This document shows, one piece after another, positions 52,615 through 63,893 of a stretch of DNA of 64,000 nucleotides (positions are counted from its first letter, which is position 1; each line of letters opens with the position of its first letter). The stretch comes from an uncultured Actinomycetes bacterium (lineage in GTDB: Bacteria; Actinomycetota; Thermoleophilia; Gaiellales; JALYLC01): assembly GCA_963834415.1 (NCBI GenBank), contig CAWIBP010000004.1, positions 7,077-71,076 of the forward strand, given 5' to 3'. The notes below the pieces were generated by a model, which had not been told where the DNA came from, did not search any database, and was given only the letters and a program-made list of their open reading frames with translations. The position numbers and the translations under genes were made by a program.

Positions 52615-53979
52615 GTGCGCGACGCGGTCGTGGTCGGCGCCGGCATCGCCGGCCTCGCGGCGGCGTGGGATCTGCGCAATCGCGACGTCGTCGTGCTCGA
52701 GGGCACCGACCGGATCGGCGGGCGCATCCGCAGCGAGCCGCGCGCGCCCTACTGGCTGAACCTCGGCGCGCACGTCTTCAGCGGCCCCGGCTCGGCGACC
52801 GGCCGGCTCGTCGCCGACGTCGGCGTGGAGTCGCTGCCCGTGCCCGGCCACCTCGTCGCGCTCGAGCTCAACGGCAAGCTGCTCGTCGGCGGCCGGCCCG
52901 AGCTGTATCCGCTGCGCCTGCCGCTGCGTCCCGCCGAGCGCGTCGCGCTCGCGCGCGCGGGCGCGCGGCTGCGCCTCGCCGTCGCCCGCTACGAGCGCGC
53001 GGCCAGGCCGCGCCCCGGCGAGTCGCCCACCGAGACGCGCCGGCGGATCGTCGCGCACGGCGACGACCAGACGTTCGCCGAGTGGCTCGGGCCGCTGCCG
53101 GGCGATGCCGACCTGATGTTCCGGGCGACGGTCACGCGCTCGACGGCCGAGCCCGAGGAGATCACGGCGGGCGCGGGCGCCGGCTACTTCGCGCTCGTCT
53201 GGAGCTCGGGCGGCGGGCCTCTCGCGCAACATCGTCGGCGGGGCCGGCGTGCTCATCGAGGGCGATCGCGACCGAGCTCGGCGAGCGCGTCGTCACCGCG
53301 ACGCCGAGGTGCTCGAGGTCGATCCCCGAGGGCGAGCTCGTGCGCGTGCGCTACCGCCAGGCCGGCGAGGAGCGCGAGCTGCGCGCGCGCCACGCGATCG
53401 TCGACCGCGAAGGCCTTCGACGCCGCGCGCATGATCCGCGACCTGCCGGCCGAGACGAGCAGCGCGCTGAGCGCGATCCCGTACGGCCCGACCGTCGTCA
53501 TGGCGATGCTCACGAACGAGACGCGGCCGATGCCGTGGGACGACCTCTACGCGCTCGCGACGCCCAAGCGCTCGTTCAACATGCTCTTCAACACGGTCAA
53601 CGTCCTGCGCCCGCGCAGCCGCGTGCGCGCCCCGGGCGGCAGCCTCATGGTCTACCGCGCGGCGCATGCGGCCGCAGAGATGCTGGAGCAGCCCGACGCC
53701 GTCGATCGAGCAGGCCTTCCTCGACGACCTCTACGCGATCTACCCCGACGCGCGCGGGATCGTGAGCGAGACGATCCTGCTCAAGATGCCGCGCATGCTG
53801 CCCTACGCCGCGCCCGGCCGCTCGGCGCTCCAGCCCGCGCTCGAGCGCTCGCTCGGGCGCGTCCACCTGGCCGGCGACTATCTCGGCGGCGTCTACACGG
53901 ACACCGCGATCTCGAGCGGGCAGGAGGCGGCGCTGGCGGTGCGGGCCGGCGCTGCAGGCCGCCGTGCCGCAGGCGCTGA
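52615..53979 (+). CDS. FAD-dependent oxidoreductase (protoporphyrinogen oxidase / flavin amine oxidase family), frameshifted
   Basis: VVVGAGIAGLAAA; RIGGRIRS; NLGAH; HLAGDY..DTAISSG. Confidence 0.82.
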   Translation: MRDAVVVGAGIAGLAAAWDLRNRDVVVLEGTDRIGGRIRSEPRAPYWLNLGAHVFSGPGSATGRLVADVGVESLPVPGHLVALELNGKLLVGGRPELYPLRLPLRPAERVALARAGARLRLAVARYERAARPRPGESPTETRRRIVAHGDDQTFAEWLGPLPGDADLMFRATVTRSTAEPEEITAGAGAGYFALVWSSGGGPLAQHRRRGRRAHRGRSRPSSASASSPRRRGARGRSPRASSCACATARPARSASCARATRSSTAKAFDAARMIRDLPAETSSALSAIPYGPTVVMAMLTNETRPMPWDDLYALATPKRSFNMLFNTVNVLRPRSRVRAPGGSLMVYRAAHAAAEMLEQPDAVDRAGLPRRPLRDLPRRARDRERDDPAQDAAHAALRRARPLGAPARARALARARPPGRRLSRRRLHGHRDLERAGGGAGGAGRRCRPPCRRR

Positions 53980-53992
53980 CGACGCCGGGCGA

Positions 53993-54685
53993 TCACAGCG
54001 GGTAGGGCAGCGACGGCAGCCAGCAGCGCCAGGCGGAGGCGAGGTCGGCCTGCTCGATGCCGTCGTCGAGCAGCTCCTTGAGCTCGCTCGTCGCCCAGCC
54101 GCAGCGCACAGCCCCAGGGGTTGCGCGTGGCGACGGAGAAGGCCACGCGGATGCCCGGCCACGTGCGCTCGATGCCGATGAACGCCACGTCGTCGTCGAC
54201 GACCGCGTCGACCTCGCCGGCCTGCAGCGCGCGCAGCATGTCGCCGAGGACGTCGTCGGTGACGCCGTCGAACGGCACGCACTCGGCCCCGGGGAACGTC
54301 TCGGCGAGCGCCATGTTGGTGCTGCCCGCGATCGCGCCGACGCGGCGGCCGCGCAGGTCGCCCGCGGACGTCCACCGAGTCGCCCGCGCGCACGACGACC
54401 GCCTCGTCGAAGACGGCGTAGGGCCGCGTGTAGAGGAAGCGCCGCTCGCGCTCGGGCGTGATCGCCGAGCCGCACCAGATGCCGTCGCACTCGCCGTCGG
54501 CCAGCGTGCGGCGCGAAGTCGGCCCACTGGCGGAAGACCCAGCGCAGCTCGAGCCCGAGCGCATCGGCGACCCGCTGGGCCGCCGCGGGCTCGTAGCCGC
54601 GGCGCACGCCGCCGGCCTCGGTCCAGAACAGCGGCGGGGCCGCCATGTCGGAGCAGCAGAGCGTCAGCGCCCCCGCCGTGACCAC
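53993..54685 (-). CDS. family 3 (amino-acid) SBP-fold protein lacking a signal peptide, frameshifted
   Basis: GYEPAAAQRVADALGLE; WCGSAITPER; YTRPY; LRGRRVGAIAGST; GEVDAVVDD. Starts 2 nt after the PhyH stop. Confidence 0.75.
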   Translation of the reverse strand: MVTAGALTLCCSDMAAPPLFWTEAGGVRRGYEPAAAQRVADALGLELRWVFRQWADFAPHAGRRRVRRHLVRLGDHARARAALPLHAALRRLRRGGRRARGRLGGRPRATCAAAASARSRAAPTWRSPRRSPGPSACRSTASPTTSSATCCARCRPARSTRSSTTTWRSSASSARGRASAWPSPSPRATPGAVRCGWATSELKELLDDGIEQADLASAWRCWLPSLPYPL

Positions 54686-54686
54686 G

Positions 54687-55544
54687 TCAGGCGGCGATGG
54701 CGAAGTGGCTCTCGATGAAGGGCGTGCGGCGGCCGTCCTCGCTCCACATGATCGGGAAGTAGACCTCGTCCAGCTCGCTCACCCCGGGGCGCATGTAGCG
54801 CGAGTAGAGCGGGTGGCGGTGCGTCGGGTGCCAGCGCGTCTCCGTCGAGATCATGTGGCTGATGATCGCGCGCCGCTCGGCGTCGGGACGCTCGTTCGGC
54901 GGCGAGCCGTGGAAGCAGAGGCCGTGGTGGAAGGCCGCGCCGCCGGGCGGCACCTCGATCGGCACCATGTCGATCTCGACGCCCTCGGGCTTGACCTCGC
55001 GCATCCAGCCGAGCCAGTCCTCGGGCGCGTGGAACGTGTCGCCGGTCGGCAGCGAGCCCCAGGCCTGCGAGCCGCGCGCGTAGTAGATGGTGCCGGTGTC
55101 GGCGGCCGTCTCGTCGAGCGCCATCCAGCAGGTCGTCATGTTCGGCGGCTCGAGGAACGGCACGTAGGCCGCGTCCTGGTGGGCGAGCAGCGCCTTGCCC
55201 GACGGCGGCTTCCAGATCATGTTGTCCTGCAGCAGCCGCATGCCCGGCGCGCCCGCCAGCTTGGCCGCGAAGCGCGCGTTGCGCTCGGCCAGCGTGACGT
55301 GCGCGAGCCAGCGGTCGGCCTTCCAGACGTTGCACAGCTGCCGCGTGCGGTCGGGCGGCGTGACGCCGGGCGTGTAGTTGACCTCGTCGGGCGCGAGGCC
55401 CGTCTCCCACTCGTGCTCGAAGCAGGCGTGGAAGCGCTCGCGCGTGCGCTCGACCTCGTCCTCCGAGAGCCAGCTCTCCACGATCAGGAAGCCGTCGCGC
55501 TCGTACTGCCGGATCTGCTCTGCGGTCGGGTCGGTCGGCGTCAT
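54687..55544 (-). CDS. phytanoyl-CoA dioxygenase (PhyH) family Fe(II)/2OG enzyme
   Basis: QYERDGFL; WKPP; AHQD (HxD); TCWMALD; FHHGLCFHGSPPN; RRAI. Confidence 0.92.
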   Translation of the reverse strand: MTPTDPTAEQIRQYERDGFLIVESWLSEDEVERTRERFHACFEHEWETGLAPDEVNYTPGVTPPDRTRQLCNVWKADRWLAHVTLAERNARFAAKLAGAPGMRLLQDNMIWKPPSGKALLAHQDAAYVPFLEPPNMTTCWMALDETAADTGTIYYARGSQAWGSLPTGDTFHAPEDWLGWMREVKPEGVEIDMVPIEVPPGGAAFHHGLCFHGSPPNERPDAERRAIISHMISTETRWHPTHRHPLYSRYMRPGVSELDEVYFPIMWSEDGRRTPFIESHFAIAA

Positions 55545-55553
55545 GCGCAAAGT

Positions 55554-55566
55554 TCTATCATCTAGA
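55554..55566. promoter_or_regulatory. candidate GntR operator in the divergent PhyH/GntR promoter
   Basis: TCTA-TCATC-TAGA inverted repeat in a 37-bp AT-rich gap. Confidence 0.45.
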
Positions 55567-55581
55567 GGTAATGGTGTTCAA

Positions 55582-56304
55582 GTGAGTCCATCCGCCCGCG
55601 ACGTCGCGCTCGCTCCGCTGCAGGCCGCGGGCGCCGTGGAGCAGATCGTGCGCCGGCTCGGCGAGGCGATCGGCGCGGGCGTGCTGGCGCCCGGCGAGCG
55701 GCTGCCGAGCGAGCTCGAGCTCGCGGCGCAGCTGGGCGTCGCGCCGATGACGCTGCGCCAGGCGCTGCAGATCCTGCGCGACGCCGGCTTCGTCGAGACG
55801 CGGCGCGGGCGCACGGGCGGGTCGTTCGTGCGCGACGATCCGCCCGCCGCGCTCGTGATCGGCGGCGAGCTCCCGACGCGGACCGCCCTGCGCGAGCTGA
55901 CCGACTGGCGGCGCGCGATCTCGGGCGCGGCCGCGGCGCTGGCCGCCGAGCGCGCGAACCCCGCGGAGCGCCGCGCGATCACCGAGGCCGCCGCGGCCTG
56001 CGAGCGCGCGGTCGGCAAGTTCGCGGCCTTCCGGCTCGCGGACGCGCGCTTCCACATCGCCGTCGCCGAGGCCTCGCACTCGCACCGGCTGATCGCGGCC
56101 GAGACGCAGATCCAGGTCGAGACCGCCGAGCTGCTGCGCCTCGTGCCCGGCCCGCGGCTCGCGCGCGCGGTCTCGCAGGCGAGCCACGATCCCATCATCG
56201 CGGCGCTCGCCGAGGGCGACGCGGAGGCCGCCCAGCGAGCCGTCGAGCGCCACGTCGAGGGCACCCACGACTGGATCGTGGGGCTGCGTCTGGGCTTGCG
56301 CTAG
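55582..56304 (+). CDS. GntR/FadR family transcriptional regulator
   Basis: PGERLPSELELAAQLGVAPMTLRQAL; RRGRTGGSFV; DARFHIAVAEASH (FCD domain). Confidence 0.92.
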   Translation: MSPSARDVALAPLQAAGAVEQIVRRLGEAIGAGVLAPGERLPSELELAAQLGVAPMTLRQALQILRDAGFVETRRGRTGGSFVRDDPPAALVIGGELPTRTALRELTDWRRAISGAAAALAAERANPAERRAITEAAAACERAVGKFAAFRLADARFHIAVAEASHSHRLIAAETQIQVETAELLRLVPGPRLARAVSQASHDPIIAALAEGDAEAAQRAVERHVEGTHDWIVGLRLGLR

Positions 56305-56491
56305 CTGGAGTGCTTGCGCGGGTACGGGGGTGTGTCGGGGTGGCTGGAGCGAGCGCGCCTGCGTCGCGGCCGGCGCGCCGGCAGGGCTCGCGGAGGCGAC
56401 GATCGAAGCCCTCCGGCATTCGCTCCTAGAGTGCGGCTGGGCGACGCGCCGCCGGCCCGGCCAGCGCGCGCTCCGACCCAGAGAGGCGTTC

Positions 56492-57082
56492 ATGCGCAAG
56501 CCATCCGCAGCGCTCGTCGTCGCGACCGCGGCCCTCGTCATGGCCGCGATCGGAACATCCGTCGCGGCCACGGGCTACACGATCACGTCGTCGAAGCAGA
56601 TCAAGCCGGGGTCGATCTCGCTCGCCTCGCTCAGCAAGGGCGCGCGCAAGGCGCTCACCGGCGCCAAGGGGCCGGCGGGAATTCAGGGCGAGGACGGCGT
56701 GGATGGCGAGGACGGCTTCGATGGCGACGACGGCGAGGACGGCCGCGACGCGGTGACCGCGTGGGCGCAGATCCGGGGCGACGGCACCATCGGCGACTCG
56801 AGCGACGGCGTCACGGCGGCGCATCCCTCGACCGGCGTCTACTACGTCAGCTTCGGCGCGAGCATCACCGAGTGCGCGGTCGTGGCGGCGCAGGGCTCGA
56901 TTCCCGACGCCGCGCCCGGCAGCAGCACGACTGGCATCCCGGGACCCGCGTACGTCGTTCAGAGCAGCCCCGGCGCCGATCTCGCGGCGGGTTTTCCGAG
57001 CGCCAGCTCGGTCGCAGTGCAGACGCGGCGCGCGAACGGCTCGGCCGTGGCGACGAGCTTCACGATCGCCGCGTTCTGCTGA
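56492..57082 (+). CDS. secreted protein with short acidic collagen-like segment
   Basis: GAGAGG RBS; signal peptide; [12 protein letters not shown]; 10 G-X-Y triplets; STGVYYVSF. Confidence 0.8.
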   Translation: MRKPSAALVVATAALVMAAIGTSVAATGYTITSSKQIKPGSISLASLSKGARKALTGAKGPAGIQGEDGVDGEDGFDGDDGEDGRDAVTAWAQIRGDGTIGDSSDGVTAAHPSTGVYYVSFGASITECAVVAAQGSIPDAAPGSSTTGIPGPAYVVQSSPGADLAAGFPSASSVAVQTRRANGSAVATSFTIAAFC

Positions 57083-57125
57083 GATGCTGCCGCCCGCAGC
57101 GGGCAAGTCGCGGACACTGCAGGTC

Positions 57126-58973
<1,848 letters not shown>

Positions 58974-58976
<3 letters not shown>

Positions 58977-59138
58977 TGGCCTGAGTCGGAAGTTCCTTGG
59001 CATGAGCGCGCCGGGTGGGCGTTCTGGGGGCGGCGCGGCGTCGCCGCTCATGCGGGTCAGCATTTGCAAGGCGCCGGGTCGCTCCCAGGGCGTCCAGACG
59101 GTGTGATCGTGACGAGGAACTTCCGACTCAGGACACTA
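58974..59138. mobile_element. 165-bp MITE with 24-bp terminal inverted repeats and TA ends
   Basis: Left TAATGGCCTGAGTCGGAAGTTCCT (58974-58997) vs reverse complement of right TAGTGTCCTGAGTCGGAAGTTCCT (59115-59138), 22/24 identical; no transposase. Confidence 0.8.
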
Positions 59139-60002
59139 GGCAGCGAGCAGCACGAGCGCGTTGCCCGAAGGGTCGCGCGCCAGCGGGCCGTCCGCGTGCT
59201 CCTCGACGGCGACGCCGCCCGCGGCGATGCGCTCGGCGAGACGGTCGCGCTCGGCGGCATCCGGCAGCACGATCTCGAACTGGCGCAGCGCGGCCGCTCC
59301 CGCCGCTGGCGGCCCTGCTCCGCCGCTGCGCCAGGTGTTCGCGCCGACGCGGTGGTGATAGCCGCCGGCCGAGAGGAATGCGGCCTGCCCGCCGTACTCC
59401 GCCATCAGGTCGAAGCCGAGCAGGTCGCGGTAGAACGCGACGCTCGCCGGGAGGTCCGAGACCTGCAGGTGCACGTGCCCCATCGTCGTGCCGGCGGGCT
59501 GCCGCTCGAACGCCACATCCGCGTCGCCGAGCTCGCCGAGCAGGCCGTCGAGGTCGAGCGGATCGGTGCCCATGCGCTCGGCGACCTGTCCCTCCCAGGC
59601 CTCGCGTGGCCGATCCTGGTAGATCTCGATGCCGTGGCCGTCCGGGTCGCGGAGGTAGATCGCCTCGCTCACGAAGTGGTCCGAGGCTCCCTCCAGGCGC
59701 ACCTGCTCGCGCACCGCGTGCGCGACCCAGAGCGCGAGGCTGCGGCGGTCGGGGAGCAGCAGCGCGAAGTGGAAGAGCCCCGTGTGACCCGGGGCGGGCA
59801 GCGCTCCGGGCACCTCGACGAGCTCTAGGAGGCGCGTCGAGCCCGCGCCGAGCGTCGCGCGCCCATCGCCCTCGGCGCGTACGTCGAGGCCGATGGCGTG
59901 GCGGTAGTACGCGAGGGAGCGCGCGAGGCTCGCCACGGTCAGGTGCACCGCGCCCATGCGCGTCGTCGCTGCGATCTGCTCGCTCATCGGACGTTCTGTC
60001 AT
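59136..60002 (-). CDS. VOC family protein, catechol 2,3-dioxygenase (CatE)-like
   Basis: MGAVHLTV; GLFHFALL; SDHFVSEAIYLRDPDGHGIEIYQDRP; MGHVHLQV; AGGYHHRVGANTW. Confidence 0.9.
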   Translation of the reverse strand: MTERPMSEQIAATTRMGAVHLTVASLARSLAYYRHAIGLDVRAEGDGRATLGAGSTRLLELVEVPGALPAPGHTGLFHFALLLPDRRSLALWVAHAVREQVRLEGASDHFVSEAIYLRDPDGHGIEIYQDRPREAWEGQVAERMGTDPLDLDGLLGELGDADVAFERQPAGTTMGHVHLQVSDLPASVAFYRDLLGFDLMAEYGGQAAFLSAGGYHHRVGANTWRSGGAGPPAAGAAALRQFEIVLPDAAERDRLAERIAAGGVAVEEHADGPLARDPSGNALVLLAA

Positions 60003-60625
60003 TCGCCGGCCCGCTCGCCCACCCACGCTGCGAGCGCGTCGAGGTCGCCCTGCACGAGTCCGTGGCCCGTCGGCTGCCGCACGAGCTCGACCTCGGCACC
60101 GCCTGCGGCGAGCACCTCCGCGAGCTCGGCGATCTGCCCGGCCGAGCTGTAGGGGTCGTCGTCGCCGGCGGCGATCAGCACGTCCGTGCCGCTCAGCGCG
60201 AGCGGCTCCTCGGGCCGGTAGATCAGCATCGGGCGCAGCAGCGCCGCGCCGCGCAGCGTGCCCGCATGGCGGAAGAGCAGCTCGACGGCGATGTTGGCGC
60301 CGTTCGAGTAGCCCACCGCGAGCACGCGCGCGGGATCACGGCCGTACGCGGCACAGGCGTCGCCGACCCAGGCCGCGAGGCCATCTCCGCGGGCGCGCAG
60401 GTCGTCGAGATCGAGATCCCCCATGCCGCGCCGAGCGAAGAAGCGCGCGGCCACGCCGCCCTCGAGCACCTGGCCGAGCGGGCTCAGGAGCGCGGCTTCC
60501 GGGGCGAGCTGGTGCCCGAGATCGATCAGCTGGTGCTCGTCGCCGCCGGTGCCGTGCAGCAACAGCAGCGTGGTCGCGCTCGAGCCCTGCTCGTAGCGGT
60601 GGGCGAACGCCTGGGCGCCGCTCAC
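59999..60625 (-). CDS. alpha/beta hydrolase (MhqD-like carboxylesterase)
   Basis: LLLHGTGGDE; RFFARRG; GYSNGANIA; GDDDP; GHGL. Confidence 0.9.
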   Translation of the reverse strand: MSGAQAFAHRYEQGSSATTLLLLHGTGGDEHQLIDLGHQLAPEAALLSPLGQVLEGGVAARFFARRGMGDLDLDDLRARGDGLAAWVGDACAAYGRDPARVLAVGYSNGANIAVELLFRHAGTLRGAALLRPMLIYRPEEPLALSGTDVLIAAGDDDPYSSAGQIAELAEVLAAGGAEVELVRQPTGHGLVQGDLDALAAWVGERAGE

Positions 60626-61551
60626 GACGCGTCCGGACGCCACGCCCGCACGTCCGGGAGCGGCGTCAGCGCCGGCTCGATGCGCGCACGCAGGTGCTCG
60701 TAGTCGGGCGGCAGCGAGAGCGCCTCGCCGAGCGAGACGAGCGGCTCGTCCGACGTGAAGCCGGGCCCGAGCGTCGCGATCTCTATCAGCACGCCGCCCG
60801 GCTCGCGGAAGTAGATCGAGCGGAAGTAGAAGCGGTCGATCACCGGCGTCGGGTTGAGGCCGAGCGCGCGCACGCGCTCCCCCCAGGCCTCGTGATCCTC
60901 GTAGGTCGAGGAGAAGGCGACGTGATGGACCGTGCCGGCGCCCGGGATGCCGCGCCCCTCGGGCACCGGGTCGAGTACGTAGAGGCCACCGCGCAGCTCG
61001 CCGCGCGCCTCCCATGCGGAGTCGCCCGCAGAGGTCAGGTCGAGCCCTTCCTCGAGGATGCGGCGGGTCGCGTCGGGCCGCATGCTCGAGGCGCGCACGG
61101 CTTCGAAGCCCTGCAGCGCGAACTCGGCCGGCACCTCGCGGTGGCGCGCGCTGAGCGGCGCGTCGGGGCCGCCGGACACGACGAGCTCGTGCTCGATGCC
61201 CTCCGGATCGGCGAAGACGAGGCTGTCGCCGTCGCGCTCGCCGGCGACGCCCTCGCCGTCCAGCCGCTCGACCCAGAAGTCGAGCGCCTCGCCCGAGGCG
61301 ACGCGCGTGACGATGCGGTGCACCATTCCCGGCCCGGGCCTGCCCGGGATCGCGCCGGGGTACTCGAAGAACGTCAGATCCGCGCCGGCGCTGCCGAGCT
61401 CGTCCGCGTAGAACAGGTGGTAGACGCTCGGGTCGTCCTGATTGACGGTCTTCTTGACCATCCGCATGCCCAGGACGCGGGCGTAGAAGTCGACGTTGCG
61501 GGGCGCATCGCCCGTGATCGCCGTGATGTGGTGGATCCCCTCGAGCTGCAT
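60622..61551 (-). CDS. ring-cleaving dioxygenase (MhqA/MhqO-like VOC)
   Basis: GIHHITAI; VKKTVNQDDPSVYHLFY; GAGTVHHVAF; DRFYFRSIYFREPGGVLIEIAT. Confidence 0.93.
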   Translation of the reverse strand: MQLEGIHHITAITGDAPRNVDFYARVLGMRMVKKTVNQDDPSVYHLFYADELGSAGADLTFFEYPGAIPGRPGPGMVHRIVTRVASGEALDFWVERLDGEGVAGERDGDSLVFADPEGIEHELVVSGGPDAPLSARHREVPAEFALQGFEAVRASSMRPDATRRILEEGLDLTSAGDSAWEARGELRGGLYVLDPVPEGRGIPGAGTVHHVAFSSTYEDHEAWGERVRALGLNPTPVIDRFYFRSIYFREPGGVLIEIATLGPGFTSDEPLVSLGEALSLPPDYEHLRARIEPALTPLPDVRAWRPDAS

Positions 61552-61640
61552 GAGGCCCCCAGTATTGCAACCGGGCGGAGCTCCCCCGCACCGCGCGCCC
61601 GTTCGGCCGAATGACACTCGCCGCGAGTGTCATTTGGGCG

Positions 61641-63111
61641 TCAGGCGGCGCCGGGCAGCGGGAACGGGTCGTCGCCGAGCTCGCGGGTGCGGCGCGTGAC
61701 GAACTCGTTCAGCTCGGCCAGGACGCCCTCGTCGAGCGGCGGCTGCTCAGAGCGCGCGAGCGAGGCGCGCCAGAGCTTCCCGGCACGCGCGGCGCTGTCG
61801 TTCGAGCCGTTCTTGACCCAGCGCTCGAAGTTCTCGGTGGAGGCGAGCGCCGGCCGCCAGAAGCACTCGCGGAAGTGCTCGATCGTGTGCTCGGCGCCGA
61901 GAAAGTAGCCGCCCGGGGCCGATCTCGGCATGCGCGGAGAAGGCGAGCGAGTCCTCGTCGAAGGTCACGGGCGTGAACTGGCGGCGGAGCAGCTGCAGCA
62001 GCTCGACGTCGAGCACGAACTTCTCGAAGCAGGTCACGAGCCCGCCCTCGAGCCAGCCGGCCGCCTGCCAGACGACGTTGGCGCCGGCCATGAAGGCGGC
62101 GAGCAGCGTGTTGAGCGACTCGTAGGCCGCCTGGGCGTCGACCGTCTGGCTGGCGGTGAGCGTGCCGCCGCCCGCGCGCCAGGGCACGCCGTAGCGGCGC
62201 GCCATCTGCCCCGAGGCGTACAGCCCGAAGGCCGATTCGGGCCCGCCGAAGCTCGGCGAGCCGTTCTGCATGTCGACGGTCGAGAGGAAGGAGCCCATGA
62301 TGCAAGGCGTGCCCGGCCGCACGAGCTGCAGCAGCGCGATGCCGGTGAGCACCTCGGCGGCCTGCTGGGCGAGCGCCGAGGGGATGGTCACCGGCGACAT
62401 CGCCCCCATCAGGAGGAACGGCGTCACGAGCACGGGCTGACCGGCGGCACCGTAGGTCAGCATCGCCTCGATCATGCGCACGTCGTAGTGCAGCGGCGAG
62501 TTCACGTTGACGTTCGCGAACATCACCGGGCGCTCCTCGATCGCGGCCCGCCCGCCGAACAGGATCTCGCCCATGCGCAGCGAGTCGAGACTCGCGAGCT
62601 CGCCGAACGGCACGCCCTCGAAGACCTTGTCGGAGTGCGTGATCAGCGCGAGGTTCTGGACGAGGTGCCGCGAGTCGAGCGGGACGTCGTCGGGCTCGCA
62701 GATGTTGCCGCCCGGCGTGTCCAGCTCGGGCTGCATCTGCGTCAGCTTGATGAAGTCGACGAGGTCGGCGAGCGTGCCGTCGCGGCGCACGTCGCCGATG
62801 CGCACGAACGGCGGGCCCTGCGCGGGCGCGAAGAGCATGCGGTCGCCGCCGACGTGGAGATCGTGCGCCGGATTGCGCGCGTGCACCGTGAACTCGGATG
62901 GCGCCTTCGCGACCTGCTCGAGCACCCACTCGGGGTCGAACTTCACGAGCTCGCCCTCGACCGACTGTCCCGCGCGGCGGAAGAGCTCGAGCGCGCGCGG
63001 CTCGTCGAAGAGCACGCCGATCTCGGAGACCAGCCGCTTCCAGCCCCGCTCGACGAGCTCGAGGGCCTCGGAGGCGAGCGGCTCGAAACGCGGCATGCGG
63101 TTGGTGAACAT
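61641..63111 (-). CDS. non-pyrrolysine trimethylamine methyltransferase (MttB) superfamily protein, frameshifted near 61915
   Basis: CEPDDVPLDSRHL; NVNSPL; PFLLMGAMSPVT; GSPSFGGPE; DAQAAYES; AGWLEGGL; GPGGYFLG. Confidence 0.92.
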
Positions 63112-63121
63112 CTCCTGATCA

Positions 63122-63137
63122 TACAACTCCAGTTGTA
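63122..63137. promoter_or_regulatory. putative IclR operator
   Basis: Perfect palindrome TACAACT-CC-AGTTGTA between divergent mttB-like and IclR genes, overlapping the minus-strand -10 TATGAT. Confidence 0.72.
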
Positions 63138-63158
63138 ACTTGCGCTAGCCTCTCGGCC

Positions 63159-63893
63159 ATGAACCCCGGCACCTCTGGCCTGGAGCGCGGCCTCGCCGTG
63201 CTGCAGGCGCTCGGCAGCGCCGAGGCCGCCGGCCGCGGCGGGCTCGGAGTCGTGCGCGTGGCCGAGCTGATCGGCAGCGACAAGAGCCAGGCCTCGCGCG
63301 CGCTCGTGACGCTCGCCGAGCACGGCCTCGCGGAGCGCGACCCGGACACCCTCGCCTACCGCATCGGCTGGCAGGTCTTCGCGCTGGCCGCGCAGGCCGG
63401 CGAGCCACGTCTGCTGGCGGCCGCCCCGCGGCTGCTGCGCGCCCTCGTGCGCGAGCTCGGCGAGAGCGCGCACCTCTCGGTGCGCCGGGGCGCGAGCGTG
63501 CTGACGATCCTCTCGGAGGCCCCGGCGAGCGCGATCCACGCCCCCGCACCCGTGGGATCGCTGACGCCGCTCGCGACCACCTCGGCCGGCCGCGCGCTGG
63601 CGGTCGACCTCGAGCCGGCCGAGCTCGGCGAGCTGGAGCTCGGCGCAGCCGCCGCGCGCATCGCCGAGGCGCGCGCGCTCGGCTACGCGATCGTGCGCGA
63701 GGAGTTCGAGCCCGGCCTCGTCGCCGCCGCCGCGCCGGTGCGCGACAGCGGCGGGCACGTCGTCGCCGCCGTCAACGTCTCGGCCCCCGCCTTCCGCTTC
63801 GGCGAGCGGCTGGAGGAGGCCGCCGCGGCCGTGATGGCCGCGGCGGCCGAGCTCTCGGCCGAGCTGGGTGCGCCGCGCGCGAGCGCGGCCTAG
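63159..63893 (+). CDS. IclR family transcriptional regulator
   Basis: LERGLAVLQAL; DKSQASRALVTL; LGESAHL; TSAGRAL; GYAIVREEFEPG; AAVNVSAP. Confidence 0.93.
   Translation: MNPGTSGLERGLAVLQALGSAEAAGRGGLGVVRVAELIGSDKSQASRALVTLAEHGLAERDPDTLAYRIGWQVFALAAQAGEPRLLAAAPRLLRALVRELGESAHLSVRRGASVLTILSEAPASAIHAPAPVGSLTPLATTSAGRALAVDLEPAELGELELGAAAARIAEARALGYAIVREEFEPGLVAAAAPVRDSGGHVVAAVNVSAPAFRFGERLEEAAAAVMAAAAELSAELGAPRASAA

Noticed and set aside
55..54600. Programmed frameshifting or mass pseudogenisation
   Set aside because: Shifts are numerous, irregular and not at slippery motifs; they are most consistent with sequencing error.
61641..63111. Pyrrolysine recoding in the MttB homologue
   Set aside because: No in-frame TAG; the only break is an indel near 61915.
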